Origin: Azolla caroliniana
Lineage: Eukaryota > Plantae > Polypodiophyta
NCBI GenBank assembly: GCA_043228905.1
Contig: JBHGNT010000012.1
Location: 2,852,001-2,916,000, forward strand
Length of the DNA: 64,000 nucleotides
Direction: 5' to 3'
Shown here: in pieces, positions 61,560 through 64,000 of the stretch
How positions within the stretch are numbered: the stretch's first letter is position 1
Layout: the number at the start of each line of letters is the position of its first letter
The notes under the pieces: generated by a model
What the model was told of the DNA's origin: nothing
Seen by the model: only the letters and a program-made list of their open reading frames with translations
The model's database searches: none
Made by a program: the position numbers and the translations under genes

Positions 61560-64000
61560 TATTGCCTGATCGAAACTCAACATAATTGTGAAAATTGCCA
61601 AATCAACTTCCCTTTCCGCCTACAGAGTTGTTGTGTTACCCCATGAAATCCATCAAACAAGAACCCATTTTTCATGGTCCAATTAAACCACATCCCCCAA
61701 TACCTAAGGTAGTCAAACTCGACGTTATATGATGGTGTTGGCATGTCTTTATCGTTATCAATAAAAACCCACTTAAAAGGTGAGAAAATATTTCCTGTTA
61801 TCAATTCCCAAATTTGTGATAGAACCACCCAAATGTCTTTAGCAACCAGACCTGTAATGAACCTATGTCTGGCATCTTCATCAACCACCGTGCAAAAAAA
61901 ACATGTCACATTCGAAATATGTCTTCGTTTTAAGGCCATCGCCAAAGGCAACCCACCAACTATCACACGCCAAAGAAAGACCTTTGCACGGAATGGAAGG
62001 TGAGAATGTCATCCTACACTAAGACTTTACACCGCCACTTTACATGTCAAATAATGTACCATGTATCCAAAACCTCATTTACTAACCAAGCTCTATATTC
62101 AACCAACTTATGGTATACATCGTTAGTGTGCACCACAAAAATTGATTGTCCAATACCAAATGACCAATCTTTCCATGGGTCCTCAACCATCAACTCAAGA
62201 ATTAGGAAACTAATCTAGACAATGCCAATATTGATTGCCAAATATACCCATATCCACATGGTATATGAAACTTATTTCTGATTGCTTGAAAGGTCATCAT
62301 TTTCCTACATGACTCTAAGATACCATCTTCCACAATTACCAAGCCCAGCCTTGCCATTCAATTGAACTATGTATTTAGACTTTCTTTTTCATCCCAACGT
62401 AATATCCTTGAAGCTGCCAACACCTCTGTTACCAAGGGATTAATATCATTTCTACACTCAAGGGGCCTCCAATTAAACAATTTCAAACATCGCTACCAAG
62501 AAAGCACTAATTGTTGAGCCATAATAAATTATGAACATTTAAATGCCCAGGTACTATTAACAACATGCAATTACGATGTTGTAATTCTGGTTTTCCCATG
62601 GTATATACCAACCTTTTCCACAAAATAACTAATTATTTCTGCCCAAGGTTGGGTATTTATACACATACCTTTCAACTTATTGAATCTTCAAGCCATATGA
62701 TCCTCCAAATTTAGTAATGCAACTCCCCCTAACCTTTATGGGGTACAAATATTGTTCCATGATTGTTACTCCCTCCTGGAGGAAACATCGTGGATTAGTC
62801 CTCCTGAGTAATCGGATCAAGGCATTGTGGTGCAAAGAAGAGTTGGGTCACGGCAACCTGCCGAAATTGTTATCTGAATCGTTACATGGTTTACGGAATT
62901 CCATGTACCTGTGACACGTACAAACCGTTATTTAGACCTTCCCACTTGGATGGGGTACAACTGACAGAACAAGGGAAAGTATTCCACGAGATCGGCTACA
63001 ACTGATCCGGAAACACGACTCCTACACAAATAACACTTATATACCAGACTTAAAAGAAACAACACTTGAGTTGCTCGCAAGAAAGTATATTCGATTAAAG
63101 TACACACACACACATATACAAGTACCGATTTGATAACACACTCACTCTCTATCCCTCTATTCATGGCCTAGTGACTATCTCTCTCCTCTCCCTTTTTGGC
63201 TTTTGATCATTTGGTTTTTTATAGCCTTTACAATACCTGTTATGATACTCGACTGCCTTTATTCGGTTGTATGTGGTGCTTGGCTCCCTTTTCTCGTTTC
63301 ACACAGTGATTGACTCCCTTTGCTCTTTTCACACCTTGTCCCACCTATCTCACTAGGTAACAATGATACCCAACTCATACCAAATTTTTATTCTTTCTTC
63401 CACAATGTATATTTAAGTGAATGAGCTAATGGATCAAGTTATTTCTTTGTCCAAGGTAATAATGGCAAAAAATAAGAAATTATTGGAACCATTATAGCTT
63501 GTACCACTTTGAGACGAGTACTAAACGACCATGCTTGAGACTTCCAATACATAAATTTGTTTAAAATGGTCCCCGATATCCAGTTCAAACTTTGAGACAG
63601 TGAGATATCAACACTAATAGGGTAACCTAGGTGCCGACACACATTCCCTTGATCCAATATTTGGCCACACCATCCAAGATCAACTAGATCACTCTTCGTG
63701 CATCTAATGAGCATCAACTTCCGCATATGTATATGTAATCCTGATGCCAATGCGAACATTTTCCACACTCCATGGGTTTTGCTATATTATCAGGCTCCGC
63801 TTTGAGAAATAAAAACGAATCATCGGCCAATGCTTGAGCTATCAATTGTTTCCTTGACGGTAGAGCTAGTCCAACTATTTCCCCACATGTTGCTAACTCG
63901 TGCATCTTCACCAAAATCAGGTGTGTGGCAATTGCAAATAATAATAGACCCAATGGGCATCCTTGTCTAAGTGATATTTCCAATGATATCGCCTTAGTAA
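61560..64000 (-). mobile_element. Degenerate L1-clade LINE (RT plus zf-RVT), continuing past the right edge
   Basis: LRQGCPL, LADDSFLF, HLGYPI, FLWRVIVGGLP..CFFC..EDARHRF. Confidence 0.8.
62764..63362. mobile_element. Solo LTR inserted in the L1
   Basis: TGTTAC...GTAACA ends; perfect 5-bp TSD ATGAT (62759-62763 and 63363-63367). Confidence 0.88.

Overview
Plant nuclear DNA, probably a fern or other non-seed vascular plant. This is inferred from the PLS-PPR style, the Tcn1-like chromoviruses, an RTEX-like LINE and plastid-derived fragments. 1-34.9 kb is a pile of nested LTR retrotransposons. A minus-strand tRNA-Trp-primed Gypsy (5' LTR 34196-34926) carries a deleted chromovirus (29559-31668) and a non-autonomous element (14164-28216). 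That element carries a Tnt1-like Copia (15893-26767, TSD ATAAT), which in turn carries a complete chromovirus (19867-25542). 35-64 kb is AT-rich and holds an intronless PLS-E PPR gene (38273-40921, minus) and a multi-exon SCAMP gene (56996 to about 43641, minus). A mosaic plastid insertion lies in a SCAMP intron and a LINE probably lies in its last intron. Also present are two MITEs, PPR pseudogene fragments and an L1 LINE interrupted by a solo LTR. The most interesting signal is an LTR design shared by two unrelated chromovirus families: no tRNA PBS but a PBS complementary to the predicted transcript 5' end (Tf1-type self-priming), a palindrome across the predicted TSS, and a tRNA-like A-box/B-box cassette in U3 in antisense. 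One copy contains an inversion that reproduces the self-primed strong-stop structure. All calls are by eye; no database searches were run.
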